Below are positions 12,807-25,380 of a DNA stretch of 64,000 nucleotides, piece by piece (the first letter of the stretch is position 1; every line of letters starts with the position of its first letter). A model generated the notes under the pieces. It saw only the letters and a program-made list of their open reading frames with translations, searched no databases and was not told the DNA's origin. Source of the DNA: Hydrolagus colliei (Eukaryota). Position numbers and translations under genes: made by a program. The stretch lies in NCBI GenBank assembly GCA_035084275.1, contig CM068746.1, positions 2,170,001 through 2,234,000 on the forward strand, in the 5' to 3' direction.

Positions 12807-14134
12807 GTGTTCTCTTATCCACCTAATCCATGCTCATTCTGTGTGCTCTACTCTCAAACTTTCTTTTTCACGGAAAAATAGTTCAGAACTCTACCATCCT
12901 CCGCTCATAATTCATAGACAAGCTGTTTGATCTCAGAAGCAAGAATGCAGCAGACGTGGAACCAGAGTGACTACAGGTGAGACTGTAAAATGTACAGTCA
13001 TTCACTGAAGCCATAATATTACGTCACTGAGCTGGTCAGGTGGCTGGTTTTATAGGTCATTTTACATATAGGTAAGGAGTGGCAACCAGATAATCAAGTC
13101 ACTGCATAAGAGTCAATATTAGAGATCAAACTAGTTACTGAAAGAAAAAAACATTGATCCAAAGGCATTGTCATGGGCAGTGATATGAAATAGCAACGCC
13201 CTTTCAATTGCTTTGGAAACGAATGGGAAAATTTAATTAATGTCTCACTCCGGAATCTACAAGTCTTGGCTCTTGCCAACCAATTCCTCCGCAATTAGAT
13301 AAGCAGTTGCGAATAGAATATCCTCCAGCAAAAGAATACACATTCCATTTCCAGACACACAGACTATTTCCGTGTGTCTAGTGTGGATACTCTTAAACCT
13401 CGTACGTCATCGGTTTTTCAAATTTGTCGGACGCCAACAACGACAGCAAAATTACACTTGTATAGCGCGTCTTTCACGTCAATAGGACGTCCCAAAGGCG
13501 CTGGGAGCCGCTCAGTAAAAATCCGAATGTTCAGATGAGTTAGATCGAAATTAGCGAAACAATCAATTTTGAAAGCTGGAGACCAACCCATGAGCGGAAG
13601 GGATACTGTAACAACACGTGGCAGAAGTAATCTACCATCTGGACTGCCTGAGGGATTACCTGAGGAAAGAAATGGCATGATTTCAGCCATGCAGTAATGA
13701 ACTGTGACTGATTCAACATGAAGTGCCGTGATGGATAGTACCAGTGTGAATTCTACAGTTCTTAGTTCTGCTGTGTATTATTTAGAATATAACATGCAGA
13801 ATAAAATTGAATCCGGCCATTAATGTAATTTTTTTACGGGAACATATTCCACATTCTTAACATCTCCAACTAAATTATTTCCTCTATTTGAATAACGAAG
13901 TTGCGATTTCCAATAATAATGCTGGATTATAAATGGAAGTGGATGCATCATTAAGCAATAATATAAACGTATAGAAAACGGAGCTGTTTGTTTTATCAAT
14001 CTAAGAAAAAATATCATGTTTTTTTTTACAAATATCAAAATCACAATGATTTGCATTTTATGCATTTAATAAATAGTGTGTTGGAGATTTGCCTCTAATT
14101 CTTGTCTTGGATTTCTTACTTCATTTAGAGATTC

Positions 14135-14385
14135 AGCCTCTCTGCCCCCCACACTCTGGAACTCTATCCCGCAATCCCTTCGTCTCGCTTCCTCCCTTTC
14201 CTCCTTCAAGGCCGGTCTCAGGACCTTCCTCTCCGACCGCGCCTTCTGCTCCCCTCCTTACTCTCCCCCCCCCTCTCCTACTCTCCTCCCCCTACACCGA
14301 CTCTTGCCCCCCGACCTAACTGTTCAATGCCTTGGGATGTCCTCCCGACGTGAAAGGCGCTCTATAAGTGTAATTGTCTTGTTGT
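14135..14385 (+). mobile_element. L2 LINE 3' fragment
   Basis: Encodes PTLWNSIPQSLR..SSLSSFKAGLRTFL; ends in the L2 tail 'ccttgggatgtcctcccgacgtgaaaggcgctctataa'. Confidence 0.88.
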
Positions 14386-16560
14386 ATAATGCCCTGTAAT
14401 GTCTTAAAATGCACCCAGTTACATTTATGAACATTTTTTGTGGCTCATCTCAATTCCTGCTTGCGCTGGTTTGTTGCAGAGAAGAGAGCTGCGAGCTTAT
14501 ATCTTTGCAAACTTTTAATCGTTAGTTTGAAGGACTGTTGGCCATTAAATTAATTTCAGTTCAATAAATGCTGACCTTTTTCTGTTTCCAAGTTGCCTGA
14601 GGCTTTCCTTGGAGGATGCAAATGACACACCTGTACCCGAGTCTATCAAGAAGAAGCTAAGTCTTTCGGAAGAAATAACATGTCCACAGTCTGCTTAAAG
14701 GGCGACAGAAAGATCAATCTTTGCTAAGGTTGAATGAGTTTACTTACAGATGCATTAGTATTCTACGATTGTGTATTTGTCATTAGCAAACCGCTGGTCA
14801 CACTAATGCCAGTAGAATAACAGGGTAGTGGGAACTGGAACTGTCCCTTGTGCTGAAGGAAGATGAGAAGTTGTAGGAAACAGGAGAGGAGAAAGGGAGC
14901 AGATGTTTATTCGAAAGGTGTTGCTTATTGTTCATATTAATTAAACTCAGCTAGAATAACACCTGGATTCATAGCTGCTTCAAACCAGGGTTACTCAGCC
15001 CTGATTGAAAATGCCAATGGATTCTGTTTGAGAGAATGATAGAATACTTAATAATCCTAACAATATAGCTTGAATTTAGAATTGCATCCTTCACATCAGG
15101 AAATAATTTCAAAGCACTTCAATTGATTTACCGTGAAGTGTAGTGACTGTGTGTGTATGTTGCAGTCATACACTTCCTAAACACGGTCAGCCTGGACAAA
15201 ATGGGAAACTCAAATCTGAGTTTTCGTCAGATTATTCATATTACTGTATTATTATTATTCCTTCTCAGAATATTCATACAAATATATAAATCCATTAGAC
15301 ACTACATTTCAATCGTACCACAAAGATACATTTCTTTATGAATAGAAGCATTTATGATTGTAAAATGAAAACAAAATCATAATATATAAATACATTTGCC
15401 CCCCATATCGTCAATTCACTTTTAGTATATTCTCTGGAAACTCTTTGGGACATCTCAAAGATGTGATAATGCCCCATATCAAAAGCAAGGATTATTATTC
15501 TTAGTATTATTTACATAATTAGTATGTTACAAAATTGCTGACAATTGACAATAGTTATTTTTATGAAGCAACGGCGTTGTGTAAAAATACAAAAATAGTC
15601 AATGTGTTTTTGTTTGTTTTCTGAAATAAAAGCTTTATTTAGGTCAGAGGCTCCAGTACATCCCATAATTCTGGCACTAATTATAGACCAGATTGCGTGG
15701 GGATTTCTACAGGACTGCACTATGGCAATACAGATTAAGCAATTAACCTTGATGTCACTGTAATTATTAAGACACTTTAGCAAAATTAACTAATTTTCCC
15801 AAAGGGTAATTTACCTGAATCAAATTCATTAGGTTAAAACCACCAAGTAGGGAAATGCTAATTAGAAAGCGAGGGGATGGTTTGTTTTTGAGTTTTTATT
15901 TTCTCCTGCTGTTGTGATGTATACGCACTCCTCTCTCCTCCCTTGTTGCCAAAGGCCCCACTGTTTTCAGATATTGGATTTCACACTCTTATTGATTTGT
16001 ACCTGATGGAATTCAACGCGAAAGACATTGAGATATGGACATGTATAGCAATGTATGATATCTATCATGTTTGATTTGAACGCAGATAATAATATCATTG
16101 TAGGTGTTCAACAGAGGGCTGTCTTCTGCAGTTGGAAGGAAATTAACTAAAGCAGGCAGAATAATCCAGTTAAAGAATCAGACCATTGATCAAATGAACC
16201 TCTGTCATCATATATATAGGCTTCATTGATTTGCTTATTTTTGTTATTGGTCAGTTAAACAATTGTGTACCAAAATCTGAAAGATCTCAAATTTAAAACG
16301 AAACGTGTATGAAATGGCAATGTTTGCTTTTAAAACAACGTGACATAAAAATAGATGTCAAGCCTGGCTCCGTCAATAACACTTGTCTCTGGGTCAGGAG
16401 GCTAACAATAATCATTTTAAATAATAACCCTCATAATAATAATAGTCATCACCAAAATATAATTTAACTTATCTTAGTGGTAGCACTCTCGCCTATGATT
16501 CAGAGGGTTTGGGTTTTAAAGCCATATAGCAGCCACTGATCAGTAAATCTCCCAGAAAAA

Positions 16561-16643
16561 ATCATAGAATTTTACAGCACAAAATTCCGCCCATCTAGTC
16601 TGTGCCGGCTCTTTGAACAGAGCAACTCAATCCCACTGCCCAG
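16561..16643 (-). mobile_element. CR1 3'UTR terminus, separated from the rest of its copy by a hAT insertion
   Basis: Reverse complement 'tgggattgagttgctc...agccggcacagactagatgggc...aaaattctatgat' continues the CR1 at 18001 and matches the CR1 tail at 52730-52833. Confidence 0.9.
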
Positions 16644-17992
16644 TAGGGAACGGCGATATATCGGTATATCGGTAAAACCCGATATGATTTTCATATCAGT
16701 ATGCCGATATATACATTTTGAAGATACAGATATATCGAAAACCGGTATATCGAGGTAAAAAATCGGGATGCGAGCACAATCAACTACAAGACCCAGAATG
16801 CTCATCTCTATACACAATGCACAGACCGAGGTGCAAAGCCGCCATCTTGTATTCATAGTCCTCGAATACAATATACAGGTATGCAAGGGGTGGGGGGAGA
16901 GAGACGGCTGTGGGTGGGGGGGGTGAGGGGGAGAGAGACTGCTGGGGGGGGGGGAGGAGAGGGGGAGAGAGACGGCTGGGGGGGGGGGAGGAGAGGGGGA
17001 GAGAGACGGCTGGGGGGGGTGGAGAGAGAGGGCGGGGGGGGGGAGAGGGGGAGAGAGACGGCTGGGGGGGGGGGAGAGAGAGGGCGGGGGGGGGAGAGGG
17101 GGAGAGAGACGGCTTGGGGGGGGGTAGAGAGAGGGCGGGGGGGGGAGAGGGGGAGAGAGACGGCTGGGGGGGGTTGAGGGGGAGAGAGACGGCTGGGTGG
17201 GGGGAGGAGAGGGGGAGAGAGACGGCTGGGGGGGGGGGGAGAGAGAGGGCGGGGGGGGGAGAGGGGGAGAGAGACGGCTGGGGGGGAGAGGGGGAGAGAG
17301 ACGGCTGGTGGGGGGGAGAGGGGAGAGAGACGCCTGGGGGGGGGGGAGAGGGGGAGAGAGACGCCTGGGGGGGGGGGAGAGAGAGACGGCTGGGGGGGAG
17401 AGGGGGAGAGAGATGGCTGGGGGGAGAGGGGGAGAGAAACGGCTGGGGGGGAGAGGGGGAGAGAGACGGCTGGGGGGGAGAGGGGGAGAGAGACGGCTGG
17501 GGAGGGGGAGAGAGACGGCGGGGGTGGAGGGAGGAGAGGGGGAGAGAGACGGCTGGGGGGGGAGAGAGAGAGACGGCTGGGGGGGGAGGGGGGGAGGAGA
17601 GGGGGAGAGAGGCGGCTGGGGGGGGAGGGAGAGAGAGACGGCTGGGGTGGTGGGGGAGAGAGACGACGGGGGTGGGGGGTGCGAGAGAGGGACGGCGGGG
17701 GGGGGGAGGGTGGGGAGAGACGGGGTGGATGTGATAATATACAGATAGATAGAGATGGGGGGGGATGTGAGAGAGGAGAGAGGGAGAAAGACATAGAGAC
17801 ACACAGACAGAAAAACACAGAGATGGAGAGAGTGAGAGACACAGAGAGAGAAAGATATTTACCTCCTGAGAAGATAGGCCCCAAATGCGCGCGCACCCGG
17901 AAAAAAACGGAAAATATCGGTATTTCCGTATATCTCGATGTGAGCCCACCGATATATCCATATCCGGAAAATTCCCATATCGCCGTTCCCTA
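16644..17992. mobile_element. Non-autonomous hAT-type DNA transposon (1349 bp)
   Basis: 16-bp TIR TAGGGAACGGCGATAT...ATATCGCCGTTCCCTA. Perfect 8-bp TSD CTGCCCAG (16636-16643 and 17993-18000). Clustered subterminal CGATAT/ATATCG motifs at both ends. No transposase. Confidence 0.92.
16886..17730 (+). repeat. G-rich minisatellite, unit approx. GGAGAGGGGGAGAGAGACGGCT(G)n with a variant unit GAGAGAGGGC(G)n
   Basis: Direct reading; about 30 units with variable G-run length. Confidence 0.95.
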
Positions 17993-18577
17993 CTGCCCAG
18001 CTCTCTCCTCATAACCTAACAGGCCTGTTCTTCCTAAATAAAGATCTAGTTCCCTTTTAAAAGCTGTTATGGAATCTGCCTCCACCACCTTTTCAGGCAA
18101 TGCATTCCAGATTCGAACAACCCGCTGAGTGAAAAAAATTCTCCTCAGCTCTCCTCTGCTTCGTTTTGAAATTATTTTAAATCTGTGACCGTGAGTTACT
18201 GATTCGCCCACCAGTGGAAACAGTCTTTCCCTATTCACCCTGTCGAAACCTCTCATAATCTTATAAACCTCTATCAGGTCTCCTCTCAATCTTCTTTGTT
18301 CTAGAGAGAATAAGCCCTTGCCTATCTAGCCTTTCCTCGTAGCTGAAGTCCCTCATTCCTGGTACCATCCTAGTAAATCTCCTCTGTACCCTTTCCAATG
18401 CCTTAATATCCTTTCTGAAGTGGGGTGACCAGAATTGTACACAGTACTCCAGCTGAGGCCTAACCAAAGTCTTACAGAGGTTAATCAACACTTCCTGACT
18501 TTTGTACTCTATACCCCTATTTATAAAGCCTAGTATCCCATATGCCTTCTTAACGGCTTTGTCTACCTGTTCTGCCA
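17993..18577 (-). mobile_element. CR1 LINE, 5'-truncated ORF2 C-terminus, frameshifted
   Basis: Translations KAYGILGFINRGIEYKSQEV..LVRPQLEYCVQFWSP and RGDLIEVYKIMRG..FFTQRVVRIWNALP. Confidence 0.95.
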
Positions 18578-18719
18578 AATGACCAATTTTATTATTGTGG
18601 TTTTTTTTGGAGGCGTGTGGAGTAAGGAAACTTGCCCAAGGTTTTGCCCTGACCTGCCTGGATTCGAACACAGATCTCATGCTTGTAAGGCGAGTGCTTC
18701 TAACCACTGAACTGCAGGA
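18577..18719 (-). mobile_element. SINE 5' half (tRNA head) fused directly to CR1
   Basis: A and B boxes on the minus strand. The body stops at 'aattggtcattt' and CR1 begins immediately. Confidence 0.88.
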
Positions 18720-20519
18720 CCAAATGTGTGATTTGATGTGCAATCAAATTCAATATCTGTCACAGCCAACCCTGTAGTACTCTACTGGATGCTGATCTCA
18801 ATTTTGATTTCTAATGAAGTCAACGAGTGGCGTTCCAAAGTGCTCAGCCACAATACGTAGCTGGAATTTACCATTGACAATATTGTTTCATAATTCTGGC
18901 AAATTAGACCCGAGTGAGTGCGAAACCACAAATGCTTTTGCGTCTCCAGCAGAAATAAATCAGAACCTGACAAATCTGGGCCATCTTATTTTTCTAAATC
19001 CACTTAAGGATCGACAAACCAGTTTCGCTTTCATTGTGAAACGGGAAAGTCTCGAAATCTTTAAATGAAGGAGAATCTGCTGGGAATCATTCTCTGATTA
19101 TCTGGCGGTTTACTGAACTGGCCAGAATTTTCTCTGGTAACCGGCAAATTTGCTTAACCTGGAGTTATATTGGGAATTTAAAAGTCTCATTGTCAATAAA
19201 TGTATGGCCCAGTGAAGAATGGAATGAGTTTGTTCAATACAGTAAACATTTTTATTGCTGATCAGAGAGGATCATTCAACTTGTCACATCTCTGCCCCAT
19301 TACTTGTGAGCAAGTGAAATAACGGAGTACAAAATGTGGGGAAAAGCAGCTATATATTGTAAATGGCATTGAGAAAACACTATTGTTTTAATTCTCTTCA
19401 ATTCATTCTCACATCGAAATGACAAACAATTAGCTTCAATCAAGACAGAATTATAAACCAAGGATCAGCTCACAGCAACATTCAATTCTAAAGTGCTTTT
19501 TTTAAAAAATCTTTGAATCAAACTTGTCTTAGATTTGTGTTTCATCATTAACCCCCTGGTAGCTGATATAGTGGCTCAAGTTTTGACATCTACACCATGC
19601 TTATTTTATCCATTTAACATCGGCCTGTATAGAACAACTTGAATTTACGTCAAGCTATTTAAGTATATGAGTATCTTAAAACACACAACAACAATAGTTG
19701 TCTGCACAGCGCGAAAGGAAGTGGAAGAATTAAAATATTGATCAAAGACACGTCCAAAGAGATACGTTTGTAGGTATTTTATATTGGCCACTGTAAGCCA
19801 AGTTATATTTTATTGTTCCTCTATCAGTAGAAGCATTGAGCAACGTACAAACACAAAGTGTTTTAAATACTTTAGACAATAAGTGGTTTAGACAATAGTA
19901 CCTTCACCTTGACAAATCACAATAAGTAGGCTTGTCAATTGATGATGGAGTGATGGGGCTAGCGAATGAGCAAATGTTACAGGTTAGAGAAAATGTTGGC
20001 TAAACAACAACAACAATACATTCGTATAGCGCCTTTCACGTCGGGAGGACGTCGCAAGGTGTTGAATAGGATTAGAGAGACCTTGTTATAAATGGTTATG
20101 CATTAGACACACTGTGGTGCATATTATTGGCATCAGGTTTTGTGCATGCTATTGCTGAAAAAGATGTCTTAATTAAGAAATTAATTCAGTATGCCAAATC
20201 CTAGGAACATTACTCCAACACAATCAGAATTGGATTACCTCATGTTGGCAATGAGGTGCCTGATGTGCTTCCTGCTACAAATTTAATTCCTCCTGCTCAG
20301 GAAAAAATTCTCAAGTAAGAATTTTGTTAAAATGCAAACTTCATGCGTCATTTTGAAATGCCTGTCATTTGGATTCCTAAATTATTCTGTCTTCCAACTT
20401 TTCTTGAGAAGTTAGCTTCTAACCGTTTCTTGTCTACAAACGTTTCTTGTCTACAAATGTTGATTGATGCTGCTTATTGGAAGCGTGAATGAATGGAGAG
20501 ACTTTGAGGTTGAGGAACA

Positions 20520-20790
20520 GCCTAATTAGAGAGACAGTATTGAAAATTCTGTGGGGTTTTGATAGAGTCAAAAGGCAGAAATTATTCCGGCTATCTGTGA
20601 ATCAGATAGCAGGAATCTGTGAATGGACGGTATCAATTTAAGTTTGCTAGTAAATGAGCAAATAGGGAGGTTAGGAGAACTACTTTCACTTACTTAGTGA
20701 AAGTGAAATTTTCACTTAGTAAGAATGTGAAATTCCCTACCAGGAGCAGTAGCTGAGGCAAAATACATATTGGCCTTCAGTGGAAATTTA
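20520..20790 (+). mobile_element. Decayed CR1 3' fragment
   Basis: 'ggttttgatagagtc...gggaggttaggagaactactttcact...aatgtgaaattccctaccaggagcagtagctgaggca'. Confidence 0.7.
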
Positions 20791-22599
20791 ACAGGTGTAA
20801 AAATAACAATAATCCTTGCATTTGATGTAAAAGATGATCGCGTCTTCAAGACATCTCAAAGGTGTCTTAAAACAGCCATCTGAGGGTGTGTTGTGGGGGT
20901 GGTGAGTGGTGGGTGGGGAGGGGAAATGAAGGGACTGATTGAAAAGATTGTCAACACATGGACAGTAAGCCAAATGTCCAACTTCTGTGCTGTAAAATTT
21001 GATGGTTCTATTATTATTCAATATAAAACCACATATACTGCATTGAGCCATGAAATCCATAGTGCACTGTAATTCAAAGGACCATGATATTGTTATGTTA
21101 TAAAAAAAACCTCAATTTTTCAAATGCAAGCAGTTACGCCATATGTTTAGATTTAACCCTGATTTATCGTACTGACAGAGTTCAAATTATAGGCAACTGT
21201 TGCCTGACAGAGATGGGCCAATGTTGGTTTAGGTGCTAAAATATTCATATGTCAGTATGTCTAATACTGGGAAAATGAAACTATATATGACTGTGTAAAT
21301 CGCTTCTTCTGTTCAGTTCCTGTATTTGTGCAATGAAACACATCAATCAGAAAGCAGTTAGCTTGCAATGCATAGCCTCCTTCATACTTTGCCTGAGGCA
21401 ATAGTAAAGAATGAACTTGGGGATTGTAATGTAGAAAAATTAGTTTTCAATATGAATATGAAATCTTGTTTTGATAAAACTGTGAGACTTAACAGCATGA
21501 CCTCACATCATGCACTGATATCAATCTAAATCAGCACTTCATAAGAAAAGTCATTTTTTGTTATCAAGAGTATACAGACGATTAAATCTACCAGTATGAC
21601 AAATCACAATAAGGAGCACATATAATTTAAACTTTCTAATAATTCTTCTTAATATCTAATAAAAACGAGAATAAACTGAACATGTTACTTTACAAAATGT
21701 GATTTCTTTTCTGGAAGTACATCAAATATTTTCTTACTTGAAAGGGAAAGTATATTAATTTGAGTTTTCATATAAGGTTAAATGGTATAGGTAGATTCCT
21801 ATGCGTTTGTTGGCATTTTTTTCTCCCTAATTGAGTTATGTTGTACAGCTATAGATAATATATATCGACAGAGGTCAAAACACTCCCGCTTCATAATCAC
21901 CAGAGAGAAAATCTACGCTTGCTTTTCACTTGCCTCAGACTGGTGCTTTTAATGCATAACCGTAGGGACATGGGAGTATTGAGTTACATTAGTAATCATG
22001 CATGAGAGCTTAATAATGTTTAGGACTTTGTAACACTGGAGACTCAAAATGTGATATTCATAAACTAGATAGGTTGCGTGAATTGCAACGTTTGTGAAAG
22101 TCAAATGGCGAGCCTTGCAAATGGAGAATTTGAGAAACCCAACCAATTTGACTAATTTGCTCTTTTTAAATCTGAGTGTGAATTTTGCAATATGGTATAT
22201 TCATACCAGGCGTCTCAAATAAGGTAACTAATCTAATTTGGAAATATCACATTTTAGAGACCCAATTTCAATTAACGACTAAATAAGCTTGAGGTGCAAC
22301 CGGATTAGTTTTATTGACAGTAGTTTTGATGCCCTTCAGCAAATGACAATAATCACACCTATTAAAAGCAACTTTGTGTATTCGCGGACTGAATTTGAAC
22401 ATGCAGAAGAAAGTGTCAGTATTCTCAGTCATGCAGATGATTAGAGATGAGAAAAAAGGTTTTGCTTCAGTGCATCATGAGGTCAATACTTTTCAATTTC
22501 AAATATATTTCTTGGCATCAAAGATGAAGCATATTCTTTTCCACTTTAAATATCTAAGCTCTCAATTTATAATAATATTAACATTCCTTGCCCTTGAAA

Positions 22600-23290
22600 C
22601 AGCACCTTATATTGTCAAATTGTCTCAAGGTGTTTTCTTCTAGAAAAGTACAGTAAGGAAACTGTGTATGTAAGGAAATACTTTAACCAATTTTGCGTGC
22701 AGCAATGTCCCACAAACAGTTGGCATTGAATGGCCAATTTTAACTGTTGACAAGAACCCCAGTACAAATGCCTTTCTGTTTTCAACTAATGCTATGCGAT
22801 CCATAGCTTCCACCTGAATAGGCAGACAAGAATCTGGCTTAACATCTCATCCAAAGACTCGAACTTCCAACTGTGCAGCATTCCCTCAATGTTCTAATGC
22901 AGTGGTTCCCAACCTCGGGTCCCAACCCAAAGCAGGGTCACGTAATTTTCTGTTGTTGCTTTTATTAATGCTGCAAATGCTTTTTTTTTAATGCTAAAAA
23001 GTGCCCAAGGCGACACCACCGACCAATTTGTATGAAAGACCGGACTAGCGAGTTGGGCTGAGTCCACAAAAAAAGACGGAGATATCGTCTTGGCTGAGCT
23101 TCGCTTCAGTCGCGCAGTCGCCACTAAAGGTCGGGAGGACTTGTTGTTGGTCAATTTAGGGTCACAGCAAGAAAAGGTTGGGAACCACTGCTCCAATGGT
23201 CAGCCTACACATTGAACTCCAAGTGTCTGAATTAGGATTTCAACCAATAACCTTCTGAGTGAGATTCGAAAGTCCCATCAAATGAGCCAA
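22600..23290 (-). mobile_element. Old DeuSINE (SacSINE1-like) interrupted by a MITE
   Basis: Minus-strand head near 23230-23290 and Deu body at 22790-22890 ('ttaacatctcatccaaagac'). Confidence 0.65.
22900..23190. mobile_element. hAT-Charlie-type MITE (291 bp)
   Basis: Perfect 16-bp TIR CAGTGGTTCCCAACCT...AGGTTGGGAACCACTG; degenerate 8-bp TSD TTCTAATG/CTCCAATG. Confidence 0.88.
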
Positions 23291-25039
23291 GAGGCATTTA
23301 GCCAGAAGAATAAGGTCTCATCAGAGAGATTAAATCATCTTAATAAAGTCCAACTCATTAAGGGTCAATAATATAAGATTTGGTATTATTTGGTCTCAGA
23401 TTCAGTTATTAAAGGATTTAAAGAGAAATTTAAAACAGCTAATTTCTCAAACATTGCGTCCGACATGACCTTTTGCGCTGCACAAAAGACTGTTTAAAAG
23501 CTGAAGTGCCGGCTCAACAATTAAATCCGAGTGAACCGTGAAACTCTTAAATAAAATAATTCATGTGGCAATACTATTTTATCTTTTGTTATTACAATGC
23601 ATTTCTTATAGGTCACCGACATCATCTGGGTCTTTTACTCCCTGAGGTCTGTTGACAAATTGTGATCTGGCTACAGTCCATTTAGTTATTGCTTTTATAG
23701 TAGACTGTTAGACAGAGGTGATAATGCTGGTTTATAATTACATTCTGTTTAATTAATATGCAAATTTTTATCAGTAATTATCCACATACCACATTCTCAG
23801 GATGGTTCCCGGACTAATTTTTATTATAATATGACGTTGCGTTTAGTGTGGTTTTCAATATTCATTGAGTACAGCAAAGATTTAAAATTTGTCTCTATTT
23901 GCCCTAATCTTGGGATTAGCAGTGGAAGAAAGATGAGCCATTTATTGAGGTCTGATGATTTTTTTTGCTATTAAATGCAAACAGAGTTTCTTATTCAAAA
24001 TTAATCTGTATGTCAAAAGGTTTAATTAACTTACATTTAAATTAGTTGTGGATTACCGAGGAAGAGACATCACGACATTTCCAAGTTTAAATATGTATTT
24101 TGGAATCAGAGCATGTATCTTAAAATGCAAATATATCAGAAAATTCTTTGTGAAAACTTAGGAGAAAGGAGAAAACTCCATCTGGGGCTCGGTTTACTCT
24201 ATTTGCATGGCAATTTTGAGCATCCAGATTTTTCAAATTCTTATGTACATCCTTAATTTGGGGGCAGTATTTTCACTAAGTTTTAAGATACATACAAAAA
24301 CTGATTTCAAAGGCTGAGTTTAAAACTTGCCAGGTTCTGAACATTGAAATGCTATATAAAGTAAAATAATTCCAGGTGGCATTTTTTCTTTTTTTGTTTG
24401 CATAAAAACCTTTCTTTATACACTAATCATATTGAAGTGCACCACTCCCTGAATTCCATAGTATATTTAATTTCTATATTAAATGCACTGTAAAAAATTT
24501 CATAGTTTCAATGCAAAAGAACGGTTTCAACATAATTTGTTTGGAAAATAGAATTGGTGTATTATTTTTGCTGCTGCCATGTTGGGCAAGTTTTCAAAAC
24601 AAAAAAAGAAATACTACATCCTCCCGATGTGAAGTACACTATATTAAAAACAAGGAATCTAATTTAAACATGTTTTAATAAACACATAATATGGTCTGGT
24701 TACATCGATCCCGACGTGAAAGGCGCTCTATAAATGTAAATTGTTGTTGTTGTTGTTGTTGATTGTTTTGTATGGATCGTGCACAGCAGTGACTAAGTCC
24801 CTAATTGCCTCTCACGGTTGGCGTGATGTGAAAATAATAAACAATGAAATAACCATTATTGTGCCTATTACATATCAACATCTCCAAAGCTCTTCTGAGC
24901 TAATTACTGTGCACTGTTCAGACTCGATACTTTTTGGCAAACACACCGGGTTTGGTGCGGAGCTCTGCAGACCAGGCAGATCTTCAGATCAGCGCGCTCG
25001 CTCTTTGTGAAGACGCCCTAGACAAACGTAATGGCCGAA

Positions 25040-25380
25040 AGCCCCCCCCGTTGTTCCCATTTCCACTTGTTATCTTGTGACACCAGGTGTAAAGCACGCG
25101 TGTATAAATGTTGGGCAAAGACAAAGCTAGGCTTTACACTCAGCAATACTTCTGGTGGTCAACTGCTTGATCAACACTCACAGTCTAGGTTAATTTCAGC
25201 ACATCAGGAGCCCACAAGAGCAATCTAATCTAATCCTATTTCCCTGCTGTTTCCGCATATCCTTTTATATCTTCATGCCTAATTATCTAATTGCATTCCA
25301 AATGTCATGAAGAATGGCGACTTGCGTGAACCATCAGAGTGCTGCTGATATCTGTGGAACTGTAGCCCAGCATGAGACAT
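25040..25380 (+). mobile_element. Ancient SINE-like repeat interrupted by a short CR1 3' remnant (about 25195-25290, minus strand)
   Basis: 'acactcacagtctagg...catgaagaatggcgacttg' has apparent antisense relatives near 60750-60880 and 61640-61790; family not identified. Confidence 0.35.

Noticed and set aside
14571-14730. Possible exon (CTGAC branch site, pyrimidine tract, AG at 14591-14592)
   Set aside because: No good donor site, the short frame ends in a stop, and the peptide is not recognisable; cannot be supported without RNA-seq
16886-17730. Possible CRISPR-like array
   Set aside because: No unique spacers, only G-run length variation; eukaryotic context and no cas genes
16572-18012. 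Long Pro/Ser-rich and Gly/Glu/Arg-rich ORFs (up to 410 aa) in several frames on both strands
   Set aside because: They are stop-free because of the G-rich minisatellite inside a transposon; not extensin-like or other genes
20424-20457. 17-nt tandem duplication cgtttcttgtctacaaa
   Set aside because: Ordinary slippage duplication
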